A DNA stretch of 64,000 bases from the human T2T-CHM13v2.0 reference genome, Homo sapiens. The translations under genes were made by a program, and so were the position numbers. Within the stretch, counting starts at the first letter, position 1. The number at the start of each line of letters is the position of its first letter. This document shows, one piece after another, positions 1 through 12,952 of this stretch. The DNA is taken from assembly GCF_009914755.1 (NCBI RefSeq), contig NC_060929.1. The stretch is one strand, 5' to 3'. Below the pieces are notes generated by a model. It made no database searches. It was not told where the DNA came from and was given only the letters and a program-made list of their open reading frames with translations.

Positions 1-453
1 CCTGAGTACTCGGTGAACACAGAACCTGAGCGGACTTGTGGGAGGGTTGGTACTGGGAGCAGGTGACTGGGTGGCAGGAATGGAGAGGGAGTATGTGGGG
101 AATCAGCAGGAAAGAATGTGTTCTTTCACTAAAGGAGTCACCATGACATGTTCTGGAAGAGAAAATAAATGCTGAAGTTAGAGGCAAATCTTACACATTA
201 GATAAAAGAAGTCTTCATCCAGTAGGCAAAAGACTCACAGAGATTTAGGAAGAAACAAGAAAAAAATCTTGAATGTGTTGCTTCCTATTTCAGCTGGCTT
301 TCCTTGGTCCAAATGCCAGTAGTTTCACTCTCTTTAGGGCCTTGCTTGGCTTAGGGCACAGTGGTGAGGCAGGCTTATGTGACACTAGAGGATAAACACG
401 TCATACTGGGTGGCAGATGAAGTCAACAACTGGAGTTTAAAATATATGTATGT

Positions 454-1335
<882 letters not shown>

Positions 1336-3439
1336 ACTTTCTATATATTCCTGGGGAAGTTGGAGCCAACTTACAAAATGCTAGGGCAAAAATTTAAGCA
1401 GCAGCAGAAGGGAAAGGAACTCAGATTTGAGGCTAAAGACTGATCCTGAGTCTCATGGCACCATTTCATAATATGCCCAAAGTGGATGTATGACATTTTA
1501 ACCCTGGACAGTACTCTGCCATGTTTTATTATTTCTCTGTACACCAGGCAGAGGAACTCCAAACAGAGAGGAGAGGTCAGCTTCAGAAATAAAACTATTG
1601 AGAGTGCTTTTATTTTTTTCTACACTAGTCCCACAGGTCTAAGAAAGTCAAGGACTTGATATTTACCATTCATTGGCTCTACACAAATGGGGATCTGCAC
1701 TCAGAAGCCACAGAAAAAGAAGAAAATGCAGTTCACCACCTCCCAGCAGTCCTGGTGGTGTAGGAGGATGCGCCGAGGCCAATCTTTGATGGCTGCTGGT
1801 TACTTCCTCATGAGCAGTGTTAGGCTGGGGACAGCAGGCCGGAAAGGAGTGCTTGGAGAGTGTCTTGACCTTCACAGATGTCTTGCAAAAGGAAGTCAGT
1901 ATATTGCGTATCTCTGAAGATGAGAATTTTGGTGAAGTTTCTGAAAGGTCACAGAGCTTCCGAATGCCCAACAGTTTGTCCAGTATTACACACTCTTCTG
2001 CCTCTCTTGCTTGTATCCCCTTTCTTCTCTCTAACCCCTGCAGTTTGCTCCTCCCCCCATATTGCTTCTCTTTCTTTCTCTCCTTTTTAGTGATCGAATG
2101 GCACACATCTGTGAATAGACAGCCACATCTCTGCTGCCAGAATACAGCTGCTGAGGTGTTTGGGGCTTACTTGGAGAAATGAGGACATTGATCTGGGTGA
2201 ATGGTAGTAGCTGTACACATACAAAGTACTGTTCACTTCTTTGCTAAGGTTTTATGTACACTCTGAGGATATCAGAGAATTCGGAGAAAATCCATGGCAC
2301 AGATTGGATGCATAATACATGTACGTACTTGATTTGTGTGTTTATGTACACTTATTTTCTGGCCAGCATATATTCTCCATCATTCCTAAGCGCAGGAATT
2401 TCTGGAAATACTCGTGCCTGTCATTTCTATCACTGTGTTCCCAGCTCCTAAAACAATACCTATCATACTGTTTCTAGGGAGGTGGACTTTGGCATGCCAT
2501 AGGTCCTAAAGAAGTGTGGCCCAAAGCTAAGTTTTCCCTTGAGGATCTCACTAGGGCAATGGATGCTGGGAAAGGATGAGGCCAAATGTCATTCCTGCTC
2601 TTTAGTGTCTCAGATTTACACTGGGTGACACTACTTTTCCTTAGTTCATCAGGATCTCCTCACTAGGACCTCCCAACTTAACTTCTGCTATACAATGAAA
2701 TCTTATTCGTGTGCCCACCACACCTTCTATGCTAGGAAATATCTCTGCATTAACAAAAACTTTACCAATGCAGTGCTTTAGTCCATAAGAGATGCCTTAA
2801 GAGCAGACACTGTGGAACACAGAGCAAACCAACAGGGGAGAGAGCTGGAGGTAGGGGATTATATTCTGTTCTTACACAAATTCCCTCATTTTGATATTGC
2901 CTTGCTTTATTGTCGCCCAAAGGAAGTCATTTCCTCAGTCTCTGTGGTGATACTTCCTTTACTGGAGGAAGAAAATGACCCACAGGGCAAGAATCAGGTC
3001 AGCCTAATTGAAAGAAATAAGATTCTTAAAGAAAACCCTTAAGATCCTTCCCTTCTTCTCCCTACCACCATTTGAAATCAGCATTCTTAGTAGCTTCAGT
3101 TTTGAAGAGTTCTAACTCCCTTGTGATGTTTTATGAGGAAAAGCAATTCCACTTGGGGAAGAAAAAGGCATTGCAGCTAGCATATTTGAGGACTATATTT
3201 TATTTATTATTTTCTTAAAAACATATATTTTCACACATTTTTTGCTGAAGTTATGTTTATGTGTATCAGCCCTTAGATAAAATGTGTGTACAACATAAAT
3301 TAGTGAAATTCCCCACATGCAGGGTGGCAATTAATGATGTGTGAAATTTATTGCAAGTATTTTTCCCTTGCATAATGCCTGCATCTAGAGTATTACCAGT
3401 TTCTTTATGTATATATCATGCTGGATGTCCTCTTATGTG

Positions 3440-3760
3440 GCTCTGAAAGAAACATTGGCCTAAGAGCTCTGAAGTTTCATCCTGGCTTTGTCTCAAACTT
3501 TCCTTAGGGTCTTGGGCAAGTCAATTAAGTTTTCAGAACCTTGGTTTCTGAAAATTATACTATTTATAATTAGTTTTTAAAGTTATACTAATATAATTTA
3601 GGGAGTAAAAGCTCTGGAGCTTGACAGTCTTGGGTTCCAGATAGACTCTTAGAAGCAACATGATTTCGTGAAACTCATTTAACCTCCCAATACCTGTGTA
3701 AAGTGGAGATAATTATAGCACCTATCTTATAAGTTTACATGTTAAGAGACATAATCTGTA
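3440..3760 (+). mobile_element. Two adjacent MIR fragments
   Basis: CTTGGGCAAGTCAATTAA and GCTCTGGAGCTTGACAG..CTGTGTAAAGTGGAGATAATTATAGCACCTATCT. Confidence 0.65.
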
Positions 3761-3978
3761 GATTCCAACTTCAAAGTTGGCTAATCAGACATGGCAAGCC
3801 AAAATTCCCATTGCACTAACCAAGCAAAAAGGATAAACTACAAAAATCAACTTTTAAAGCAAAGAAGGGCTATAGAAACAAACAAAGAACTAGACTAACT
3901 AAAACTTCAGATTTTCTTTGTAGAAAATCTAATGGTCACTGGAAGCTTTCTTAACTGGAGGCATTTGCAATTTCTGGG

Positions 3979-4397
3979 TGTATTCATTTGGTTTGCACTG
4001 TTATAAAGGAATACCTGAGGCTGGGTAACTTATAATTGAAAGAGGCTTATTTGGCTCATAGTTTTACAGACTATAAAAGAAGAATGGCACCAGCATCTGC
4101 TTCTGGTTAGGGCTGCAGGAAGCTTCCAGCCATGGTGAAAGGGGCAGGGGAGCTGATATTATATGGTGAGAGAGAGAACAAGAGAGAGAGAAAGGAGGTG
4201 CCATGCTCTTTTGAACAACTAGCTCTCATATTAACTAATAAAATGAGAACTCACTCTTTACCATAGGGACAGTATCTAAGCCATTCATGAGGGATCCTCT
4301 CCCATGACCCAAACACTTCCCATTAGTTTCCACCTCCAAAACTGGGGAAGAAATTTTAACATGAAATTTGGAGGGGACAAATATCAAAGCTGTATCA
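3979..4397 (-). mobile_element. MSTB-like MaLR solo LTR
   Basis: TG...CA termini; MST blocks (AAAGGAATACCTGAGGCTGGGTAA, ACATGAAATTTGGAGGGGACAAA); 5-bp TSD CTGGG at 3974-3978 and 4398-4402. Confidence 0.93.
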
Positions 4398-4614
4398 CTG
4401 GGAGTGACCTAAGAACTGAACTTAAACAAAATTGAGGGATTTTATAAAGGAAAAACAAGTCAGCAGTTTTTTGGCAGTCAAAATCTGGAATGATAAACTG
4501 GAAAATAGAGGAGCTCAAATACAAGGGAAATTTGCTGAATTCCAGGAAGGCGTGAGAGACTGGGGCCTGGGAAAGAAAGGAAAAGTGAAAACTCCTGCTG
4601 TCTCGTGGGGATTA

Positions 4615-4728
4615 TAGTGTGACCGATTGTATTAGTTTACCTGGGGCTTAGGGAGTTCCCAGAATGTGGGTCTTTTGGTTTTAACGCCAACAGAGTTCCA
4701 GGAAAACCGTCATGAATTGGTCACCCTA
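4615..4728. mobile_element. MER81-like hAT-Blackjack MITE
   Basis: 114 bp with terminal inverted repeats TAGTGTGACC...GGTCACCCTA and a degenerate 8-bp TSD GGGGATTA/GGGACTTA. Confidence 0.8.
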
Positions 4729-6999
4729 GGGACTTAGGAGAAAAAGATCTCATTAGAGGGAGGGGACTCTACAAAACGTACACAACCAATAACTTGCATA
4801 ATATGTGAAGGTAAAGAACTCAATTCGAAATCTAGAAAGGTTAGCACTTTTAGAGTTGAAGAAATTGAGACCTCAAGGCTCCCAGTCAAAAGCCTAGGAG
4901 GGTCACATTTGAGGAACCAAAGATGGAATAAATCTTACTAAAACTTCAACCCAATCCAAACCCAACTAATCCCTTATAGGATTATAGGGATTTGTTTATC
5001 CCTGTGTCTGTCTAAAAAATGGAAAGGGGAACCCCTATTGGTAGGAAATACCATATGAAGACCTTATAGTTCTTATTCTAAATGTCCAGAATAGAATAAA
5101 AATTGCTAGACACAAAATAGGCAAAGAAACAGCAATAAAATCTAGGCAATAAAAATCTAGCAATAAAAAATAGGCAAAGAAACAGCAAGAAAAAAAATCT
5201 AGTAGAAACAGACCTGCAGATAATCCAGATATTGAAGTTTGCAAATGAGGAGTTTGAAATAACTATGGTTAATATGCTAAGGAAAATAGAGGTGAAAATT
5301 GACAAGATAGATTTAAGAGATGAAAATTTTTAGAATTTCAACCAAGAGTTGTAGTATATAAAGACAATCAAATGAACATTCTAGAACTTCAAATACAATT
5401 TTCAAACAGGACTATGGATGTAACAGAAGGCATAATTATTAAACTCAAAGACTGGCCAATGAATAATATCCACAAAGCACAAAGAGAAGAAAGAATGAAA
5501 GGAATAAAAGGGAGTATAAGGGTATAAGAGCCATATGAAAAACAATAAAAAGGTTTAATACCTATAGTTGGTGTTACACTAGGAAAAAGGATGGTGAGGC
5601 AGACACAAACATATAAATACATAATGGTCAAGAATTTTCCAAAATTTATGAAAGCCATTACACACAGATTCAAGAAGCTCAATGAATCTCTAGTAAGATT
5701 AAAAAATAAATTAAATAGGCACATCTTATTCAAGCAGTTAGAAAACAAAGAACAAGGAAAACAATCTTAAAAACAGCCAGAAGAAAAAGATACATTACCT
5801 TCAAAGAAGAAATAATTAGACTAACAACTAACTATTCGTTAGCAATTATTAAGGCCAGAAAACAATGGAATTATATCATTAAAGTGCTTATGGGAAAAAA
5901 ATTACTAATCTATAATTCTGTACTCAGTAAAAATATTTTTCAAGAATTAATGTGAAATAAAGAACTTTTGGACAAACAAAATATGGGATAATTTATTACA
6001 AGCAAATAGACATTCTAAGAAATAATCTACAGGAAATTCTTCAGGCTGAAGGAAAATGAACCCAGGTGGAAGCAGGAAAAGATGAAGAATACCAGAAAGG
6101 ATAAATAGATAGGAAAATATAAACAAATATTGCTGTTTAAGGAACAGTAATAGTGCTGTCTTGTACAGCCTATCACATAAGAGTGAAGAAAATATGTCAA
6201 CAATAGCACAAAGGGTGGAGAGTAAAATAAAAGTGGTTAAACTCATAAGTGTCTTAAATAGACTGTTAAATTCAGGATTGCATACTGACGTATCTAGGGA
6301 AATTATTAAAAATAAAATACAAGAATGTACAGTTGAAACACTATTAAAGAACAAAATATTGAATAAAAGACATATGAGGCATCCAAAAGAATGCAGGAAA
6401 GCAGGAATAAGGAACAAAGAAATAAACAAAAAATAGATAACTAGAAAAGAGAAAGCCCCAGTGAGTATCAGTAAGTACAGTCAAGGTACATACCCTAGTA
6501 AGATTGTCAAGCTAACTTTTTGAAAAAGACCTAACTATATGTCATTTATAAGAGATAAAATTTGAATATAAGATGGTAGTTAAGTTGAAAGTAAAAGGAT
6601 GAAATGAAGATGCATCACAAAATACAAACAAAGGAAAGTTGGAATGGCTATATGACTTAGTCCGTTTGTGATGCTATAATAAAATACCCGAGACTGGGTG
6701 ATTCATAAAGAACAGAAATTTGTTATTTACAGTTCTGGAAGCTGGGAAGTTCAAGATCAAGCACCAGCATTTGGTACCTGGTAAGAGCCTCTTGCTACAT
6801 CCTCCAAAGAGGCCAAATGCCATGTTCTCACATGGCAGAAGGGACAGAAGGGCATAAAAGAGAGAGTTTTCTCTGAAGCCTCTTTTTAAGGGCATTAATT
6901 TATTCATGAGAGTAGAGTCCTCACGAATTAATCATTTCCCAAAAAGTCTCAGCTCTTAATACCACCACAATGGGGATTTAGTTTAAACATGAATTTTGG

Positions 7000-7486
7000 G
7001 TTTCTGTTTGTTTGTTTTTTATTTTACTTTTTTTCGACTTTTAAAAAAATTGAAATAGAGTCTCACTTTGTTGTCCAGGCTGGAGTGCGGTGGCACAATC
7101 ACAGCTCACTGGAGCCTTGACCTCCCGAGCTCAATCAATCCTCCCAAGTAGCTGGGATTACAGGCTCATGCTACCATGCTCAGCTAATTTTTTTTTCTTT
7201 TTTTTGTTGGTACAGACAGGGGTTTGCCATGCTGCCCAAGCTGGTCTCAAACTCTTGGGCTCAAGTGATCCGCTGCCTCAGCCTCCCAAATTTTTCAACT
7301 TTTATTTTAGATTCAGGGGGTACATGTGCAGGTATGTTACCTGAGTATATTGTATGATGCTGAAATTTGGGGTATGAATGATCCCATCACTCAGGTACCG
7401 AGCATAGTAACCAATAGTTTTCAACCCTTTCTGCCCTTCTTCCCTCAGTGTAGTAGTCCCTGGTTTCTATTGTTGCCATCTTTATC
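7000..7486 (-). mobile_element. Short 5'-truncated L1PA15/16- or L1PB-like 3' end
   Basis: TTTTATTTTAGATTCAGGGGGTACATGTGCAGGT 3'UTR signature at 7300-7485; T-rich tail at 7000-7042; TSD AACATGAATTTTGG at 6986-6999 and 7487-7500. Confidence 0.85.
7043..7290 (-). mobile_element. AluJ, slightly 5'-truncated, inserted in the L1 tail
   Basis: AluJ diagnostics (CACAGCTCACTG.AGCCTTGACCTCC, GGGCTCAAGTGATCC); TSD TTTTTC[G/A]ACTTTT. Confidence 0.9.
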
Positions 7487-8741
7487 AACATGAATTTTGG
7501 AGGGGACCCCCACATGCAAACCACAGAACTATATAGATAATGAACAAAATATCTTATTAGAATATAGTGATTATTCAATAAATTGTTAACTCAAATTGTT
7601 CTTAAGAGAATCTTATAAAAAATCTTAAAATCTAATGCTTTGGGATTCTATAATATTAACTTAGAGATGATTCTTAAATTTTTTTACTGTTTCTTTCAAG
7701 CTACCTTTCAGAATCTACCATAAAAACACCATGTTTTTTATTTCCTCAGGCAAATTTTTCAACAAATTATAAATATATTATATATATGTGTTTATATATA
7801 ATATCTATTATATATGTATCTGAACATTTCAGATTGCATATATAACATAATATACATGTTATATATCTCAATTGAAATAAGAATATATTTGGACATTAAA
7901 TATTTTCAATTTAAACTCCTTAAAATGTGCCCAGTGCACTTTAAGGAGAGTGTTGTGATGTACCAGCACATTTGAAATTCAGGCATTTGTGAAAACTTGG
8001 AATTTGGAGGTTTAATCCTTTAAATTGTTAAATCCTATGTCTGTGGGAATTGAAACTGTAAGGGAGTTTAGATCTCTGTAGGTATCCACTTATTTTGCAA
8101 GTGGCATATGTGCAGCCCACAAAGGGTAAGAAGGATAAAGCGTAGATCCTTGGCCTCCTGAATCATTGTCCAATATTCTTTTTACTTTGCTATCGTGAAG
8201 ACCTTTCTTAAACACATTTAACAAGTGTTTTAAGAGCATTTACTATATGAAAGGCATTGAGCTGCTCATTGCATATACAATAAAGAAAGGCTCTGCCATC
8301 GATAGGTTTGCAGTCTAACAAAAAACATAAACCTCAAATTAAAAATGTATTATTTTATTAAACTTTTGATGAGTGCCACAGCATGTGATGTGTTCTTAGG
8401 AGAGTGGGATTCAGCCTGGTAGAGGCTTCATAGAAGGCATTCCTTCTGAAGGGGAATCAGAGTTAACCAGGAAATAAAGAGAAAGAAGAATATTTCAGGT
8501 GGAGAAGAGAAAGTTGGTGACCTGAGATGGGAAGGAGCTTGATGCTACAGGAGCTGATAGAAAGCCACTGTAGCTGGTGCCTGTGTGTTGGGGGACGGAG
8601 AGAGGGAGGGTGTCACAATGTGATCTGCAGCAAGACTAGATATTGAGGGGCCAGATTGTGAAAGATCTTATAGGGCTCACCTGCTAAGATTTTGGAAGTT
8701 GTTTGAGTATCACTAAAGAAAGGGAATAAAATGTTCAGATT

Positions 8742-9016
8742 TATATATATATGTGTGTGTGTGTGTGTATACATACACACACACATATATATTTACATAT
8801 GAATATATATTTAAATATTTGTCAAGTTTATTTATCTATATTTATGTATATATTATTTATAAATATACTATTTAAATATTTAATATAAAAATATTGAAAT
8901 ATTTGTCATTTATACATAAATATATAAAAATTGGAACATTTCAGATTAATTTATATATAAAAATCAGAACATTTATATATGTAAAATATACTTATAAATA
9001 TATAAATATATATTTC
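8742..9016. repeat. (TA)n(TG)n(CA)n quasi-palindrome plus AT-rich low-complexity DNA
   Basis: Direct reading. Confidence 0.9.
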
Positions 9017-9335
9017 ATGGAAGAAATAGTTATTAAAGGCTGGCAGAGTGATCTTCACACAGAGTGGAAGATGAAAGCTAAGAATATAATGTAAAACTCC
9101 AAAATGCAGCTTTTAATAAAGGAAAATATTAGAAATGTTTAGCATGTAGACAACAATCTAACCCACAGTGATAGTTTGCGAAGGTGTCAGTGTACTATGG
9201 GAACATGGAGGAGGTATTTAGGATTATATGAGTACTTTCCTTATCTTTTATTTGGTATAATTTTTAAGGCACCAATGTGTATAATTTGTAATAATTACCA
9301 TCAAAAATAAATCGAGTAGATTTGATAAAGTGTCA
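9017..9335 (+). repeat. Local non-tandem duplication, copy of 11436-11752
   Basis: Colinear match, e.g. TGATCTTCACACAGAGTGGAAG and GTATTTAGGATTATATGAGTACTT in both copies; roughly 85% identity by eye. Confidence 0.95.
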
Positions 9336-9409
9336 AGTTGATTTGTATAAATATATAATCTGAAATATTCACATATATGAACATTTTTATAGATATGTAA
9401 CCTGATTTT

Positions 9410-9530
9410 ATACTTGTCTGTAAAATTTCATGAGGGCAGAGACAATATTTTTCTTGTTCAACATTGACTCCTCAAACTCTGGCACAGTGCCTGCATATAA
9501 ACATTCAATAATTATTTGACAAAATAATGG
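9410..9530 (+). mobile_element. L2 3' end fragment
   Basis: CATGAGGGCAGAGAC..GGCACAGTGCCTGCATATAAACATTCAATAATTATTTG. Confidence 0.8.
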
Positions 9531-9714
9531 ATGATAAATGGATGGATGGATGTACAGATGGATGGATGGACAGATGGACGGATGGATGGATGGGCGGATG
9601 GATGGATGGGTGGATGGATAGATGGACGTATGGACGGATGGACGGATGAACGGACGGATAGATGGATGGATGGATGGATGGATGGATGGATGGATGGATG
9701 GATGGATGGATGGA
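9528..9714. repeat. (GGAT)n tetranucleotide repeat with GGAC variants
   Basis: Direct reading; extends from the L2 tail. Confidence 0.97.
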
Positions 9715-10245
9715 AAGAATAATATGGAAAATGGGTTAGAGTAGGGTAAAGTAGAAGTAGGAGACCAGTTCAGAGGCAATGAATGCCCAGGGAAAGGTAA
9801 TGGTGGCATGAAATAGGTGGTGCAGTGAAGATAAGGTGAATTATACAGATTTGAGAAATTCTAAAGAGGCAGACTTTACATAACCTGATAATGATTTCTA
9901 GTTTCTGTTATGAACACCTGGGTGGATGGAGGTGCCATTTATTTAACCTAGGAGGAGCAGGTATGGAGGGAGATCATAAAAGTCTCTCATTGACTTTTGT
10001 ACTTCTCTGCAGAGAGTGAAGTGAACTCTCTAATCCCTCTTTGAAGCCTGAGGAGCTTACAGGGACAAAGTGTCATCATTGTGCTCAGTGGGAACATTGC
10101 CCTGGGCTGTAGATGAGAAGCAAAGGAGAACAATTTACAAATAAAATTGCAGTGTTATTTATTTATTTATTTATTTAAGTATAGGGTGACGGTCTTTGAT
10201 ATCAACTTGTTTACTTAACAAATTTGTCTTTTATTCTCATAAAGG

Positions 10246-10830
10246 ACCATATTTCATGATTCTTAGATGAAAATATTTAACATCTCTGAAATTGGGATAT
10301 GTCTTACAATTCACAATGCCTGCCTAAGACAAAGGTTTGCATGCAGGTAGCTTATTTGAGAATGGATTTCTAGGGCCAGGAGAGGGCAAGTGAACAAGAA
10401 GTGGGGAAAGGTAATGCAAGGTGATGTTATTGAATGGCCTAGCCTGTATGTGACTAGTAATTCACCCAGGACCTTCTGTGGAGAGTTTTATGAAATTTGG
10501 CTTAGAATCATCTGCTGTGAGGACATTGTCTACAGTTGGTTGTGGGTTGCTCCATGGAGCATGACCTCCCCACATCCTTAAGTTGCAGGTGTGTAAATGT
10601 CAAGGCTGCAGGCATTCTGCAGTGCAGTGTCAGAGAAATTCTGGGGCAGGAAGCAGTCAGAAGCAGGCCAAACACTACACAGAACTGTTGTAGGTGAAGT
10701 GGTGCACAAAGGATATGTGCAGTGTATGGTTTAACTGGCCATGCTTTTTCTTTCTTAATTCTACATACAATAATGGTATATCTTACATAACACCTTATAT
10801 CTTATAGCTTCATAACACCTTAGATTTAAT
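10246..10830. mobile_element. MER104-like TcMar-Tc2 element interrupted by an ERVL-type LTR (LTR33-like, ~10320-10725)
   Basis: CCATATTTCATGATTCTTAGATG..TTTAACATCTCTGAAATTGGGAT left part and TTTCTTAATTCTACATACAATAATGGT right part; inner CCTAAGACAAAGGTTTGCATGCAGGTAGCTTATTTG. Confidence 0.6.
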
Positions 10831-11435
10831 GGAGCAAAATGGACTGTTGACATTGCAAAGATGCATTTTGTTGAGATGAGATTTGAATAAGCAACATTAG
10901 TAAAACTAAATTAAGCCATTTTCCACAAGGCAGAGACTGCAATTCTTATTTCTTATTTCTCTTCACTGGAATTGTGTAGGTAAGTTTCCAAAACCAAGAC
11001 TTTACCTCTACTATGGAAAATATTCTACCTGAAAATAACTAGTACAGTATTCCATCGTATACGCTGGTATAGGGGAGCATTTCTTTTCTTTAAAGAATTG
11101 AATCTTTATTTCAAATGAAATCTTTTTCAGAACTCTGTTACATAAAACAGATAAAAATGGAAATGCGCTGATTGAAGCAGAAATGGGGAGGGGGTGTTCC
11201 CAGGACCCCACAGCTCTGTTTTCTTATCTCCTGTGTAGGCTTCTCAGGCCTCTACATGGAGCCTTAGAGTTCCAACAATAGGGTTAAGAACATGTAATAG
11301 ACAGGAGACTTGCTGCCTGCCCCCTGCCCCCAAGGCATTTACGTAGTGTCCATTCATTCTTGTTTTAAAAACAATTCTAACAAACTCAGTAATATGGTTT
11401 CCCAGCTTGTAACAGATTTAGAAGCAGTAATTTAT

Positions 11436-11752
11436 ATGGAATAAATAGCTATTAAAGGTTGGCGTCATGATCTTCACACAGAGTGGAAGCTGGAAGCTAA
11501 GAATATAACTGCAAAACTCCAAAGTGCAGCTTTTAAAAAAGGGTGGTATTCAGAAATATTTAGCATGTAGACAACAATTCGATCCACATCAGTAGTTTGC
11601 AAAGATGTCAGTGTACTATGGAACATGGAGGAAGTATTTAGGATTATATGAGTACTTCTCACATCTTTTATTTGGTATAATTTTTAAGGCATCAATGTGT
11701 ATAATTTAGAATAATTATAAAAAATAAATCAAGTATATTTGATAAAGTATCA
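11436..11752 (+). repeat. Local non-tandem duplication, probable donor of 9017-9335
   Basis: Colinear match to 9017-9335, embedded in ordinary unique flanks. Confidence 0.95.
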
Positions 11753-11894
11753 TTTCAGTTACATGGAACATTTTTGTGAGTAGAATATTGTATTTCTCAA
11801 ATTGTTGAATAAGCCATACATCCCTGTGTGTATCAGTATTCTTTTACCTCTAAGGGGTAGGAAATGCAAGTAAAACCTGTATATAGATGAAGAA

Positions 11895-12330
11895 AGTAGT
11901 TGAACATCAAGAAGCTTTAGCTAGGGTTTGATCCAGCAGCTTACTATGTTACCAAATACCTGATTTCTTTCTGCTTTCCATTTTCACTTTAGGCCTGGCC
12001 CCCTTCATGGCCACAGTATGACTTGTTGCTTTCTCATTCACATTCAGCAGGAATGGGGAGGAAGATAATGAGGAGAGAAAGGGGGAGAGAGAGAGAGAGA
12101 GAGAGAGGAGAGAAGTTGGTTCTCCTTCCTTAGTCATTAAGCAAAGATACTCTCTCTGATTGGACCAACATAGTTCATGTGTCCATCTCTGACACAATAA
12201 CTGTACTATACTGTACTCTAGGGATGAGATTATATTAATCAATTTAGGCCAGTTAGGGCTTGACTATTAGCTGAAGATAGTGTTAATTCCCCCAGACCCC
12301 ATAGTGATACACGTGGAGAAACAAATGTTC
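11895..12330 (-). mobile_element. Old MLT1 (J/K/L-type) MaLR LTR with an internal (GA)n
   Basis: AGGGTTTGATCCAGCAGCT; CTGATTGGACCAACATAGTTCATGTGTCCATCTCTGACACAAT. Confidence 0.6.
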
Positions 12331-12774
12331 CTCCTGTTACCTGGGAGGGTAACAGACCATGTCCACAGCACTGTTTCTCAAGGTAAGTATTGATCAACTG
12401 GACTCTGAGCTCAGTGATATGAGGAATCATTTCTTTTTTTGTCTGTTGCTGTAGCCCCAGCATGAGCACAAGACCTATCATCAGAGGAGCCCAATCAATA
12501 TTTATTTATTTATGAATGAACAATGGATTTTTTTTCTGTGCGGAGAAATACACAAATTTTTATTTCATTTTCGCACTTCTTGCTACTCCCTGGTTGCAGT
12601 TGTTGAGGAGCTATTTCTGGCTTGACAAGAAGCAGGAAGTATCAAGATCAGTCACTGAACAAAAAACATTTCCTCCTGAGGTTTTTAGCACTATTTCCAA
12701 AACAAAAGAGAATGAAATCAGTTGGAATAAGACAAGAAGAAGTCAATCATTTATTTCCCGTGCTATGAATGTTA

Positions 12775-12952
12775 AAAAGAAGAACGAGGAGGAGAAACAG
12801 GAGGGGAGGGAATAGAGAGAGGGACAGGGAGAAGAAAAAAAATGGAAAGGAAGAAAGAAAAGAAGAAAGGAAGGGAGAAAGGAAAGAACATCAGGAGAGA
12901 GGGAGAGAAGGAAGGGAGAAAGAGAAGGAGAGAGGGAGGGAGGGAGGAAGAA
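12775..12952. repeat. GA-rich polypurine low-complexity tract
   Basis: Almost exclusively A/G on the + strand. Confidence 0.9.

Larger units (their letters stand above)
3760..6652 (+). mobile_element. Ancient L1M LINE: 5'UTR, degenerate ORF1 and start of ORF2 endonuclease, interrupted by younger insertions
   Basis: A-rich + strand; L1M ORF1-like blocks (ATAACTATGGTTAATATGCTAAGG; CACAGATTCAAGAAGCTCAATGAA; GGCCAGAAAACAATGGAATTATATC) and EN-like AAGACCTAACTATATG..TTGAAAGTAAAAGGATG; frames disrupted; 5' boundary approximate. Confidence 0.85.
6653..7528 (-). mobile_element. MSTC/MSTD-like MaLR solo LTR, split by an L1 fragment plus Alu
   Basis: CTTAGTCCGTTTGTGATGCTATAATAAAATACC start; resumes at ~7487 (AACATGAATTTTGGAGGGGAC); TSD CTATA at 6648-6652 and 7529-7533. 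Confidence 0.9.
8215..9990 (-). mobile_element. L2 LINE in two pieces (~8215-8742 and ~9722-9990) split by a ~1-kb composite insert
   Basis: GAGCATTTACTATATG start; GGGCCAGATTGTGAAAG..AATGTTCAGATTT; resumes GTAGAAGTAGGAGACCAGTTCAGAGGC and GGTGGATGGAGGTGCCATTTA. Confidence 0.75.

Noticed and set aside
1663-2182. 147-aa and 121-aa ORFs in unique sequence
   Set aside because: No recognisable domain, overlapping on opposite strands, no convincing gene structure.
5035-6436. Hydrophobic minus-strand ORFs resembling membrane proteins
   Set aside because: Antisense reading of A-rich L1M gives F/L/I-rich strings.
9408-9809. PSIH / MDGW repeat ORFs
   Set aside because: Translation of (GGAT)n.
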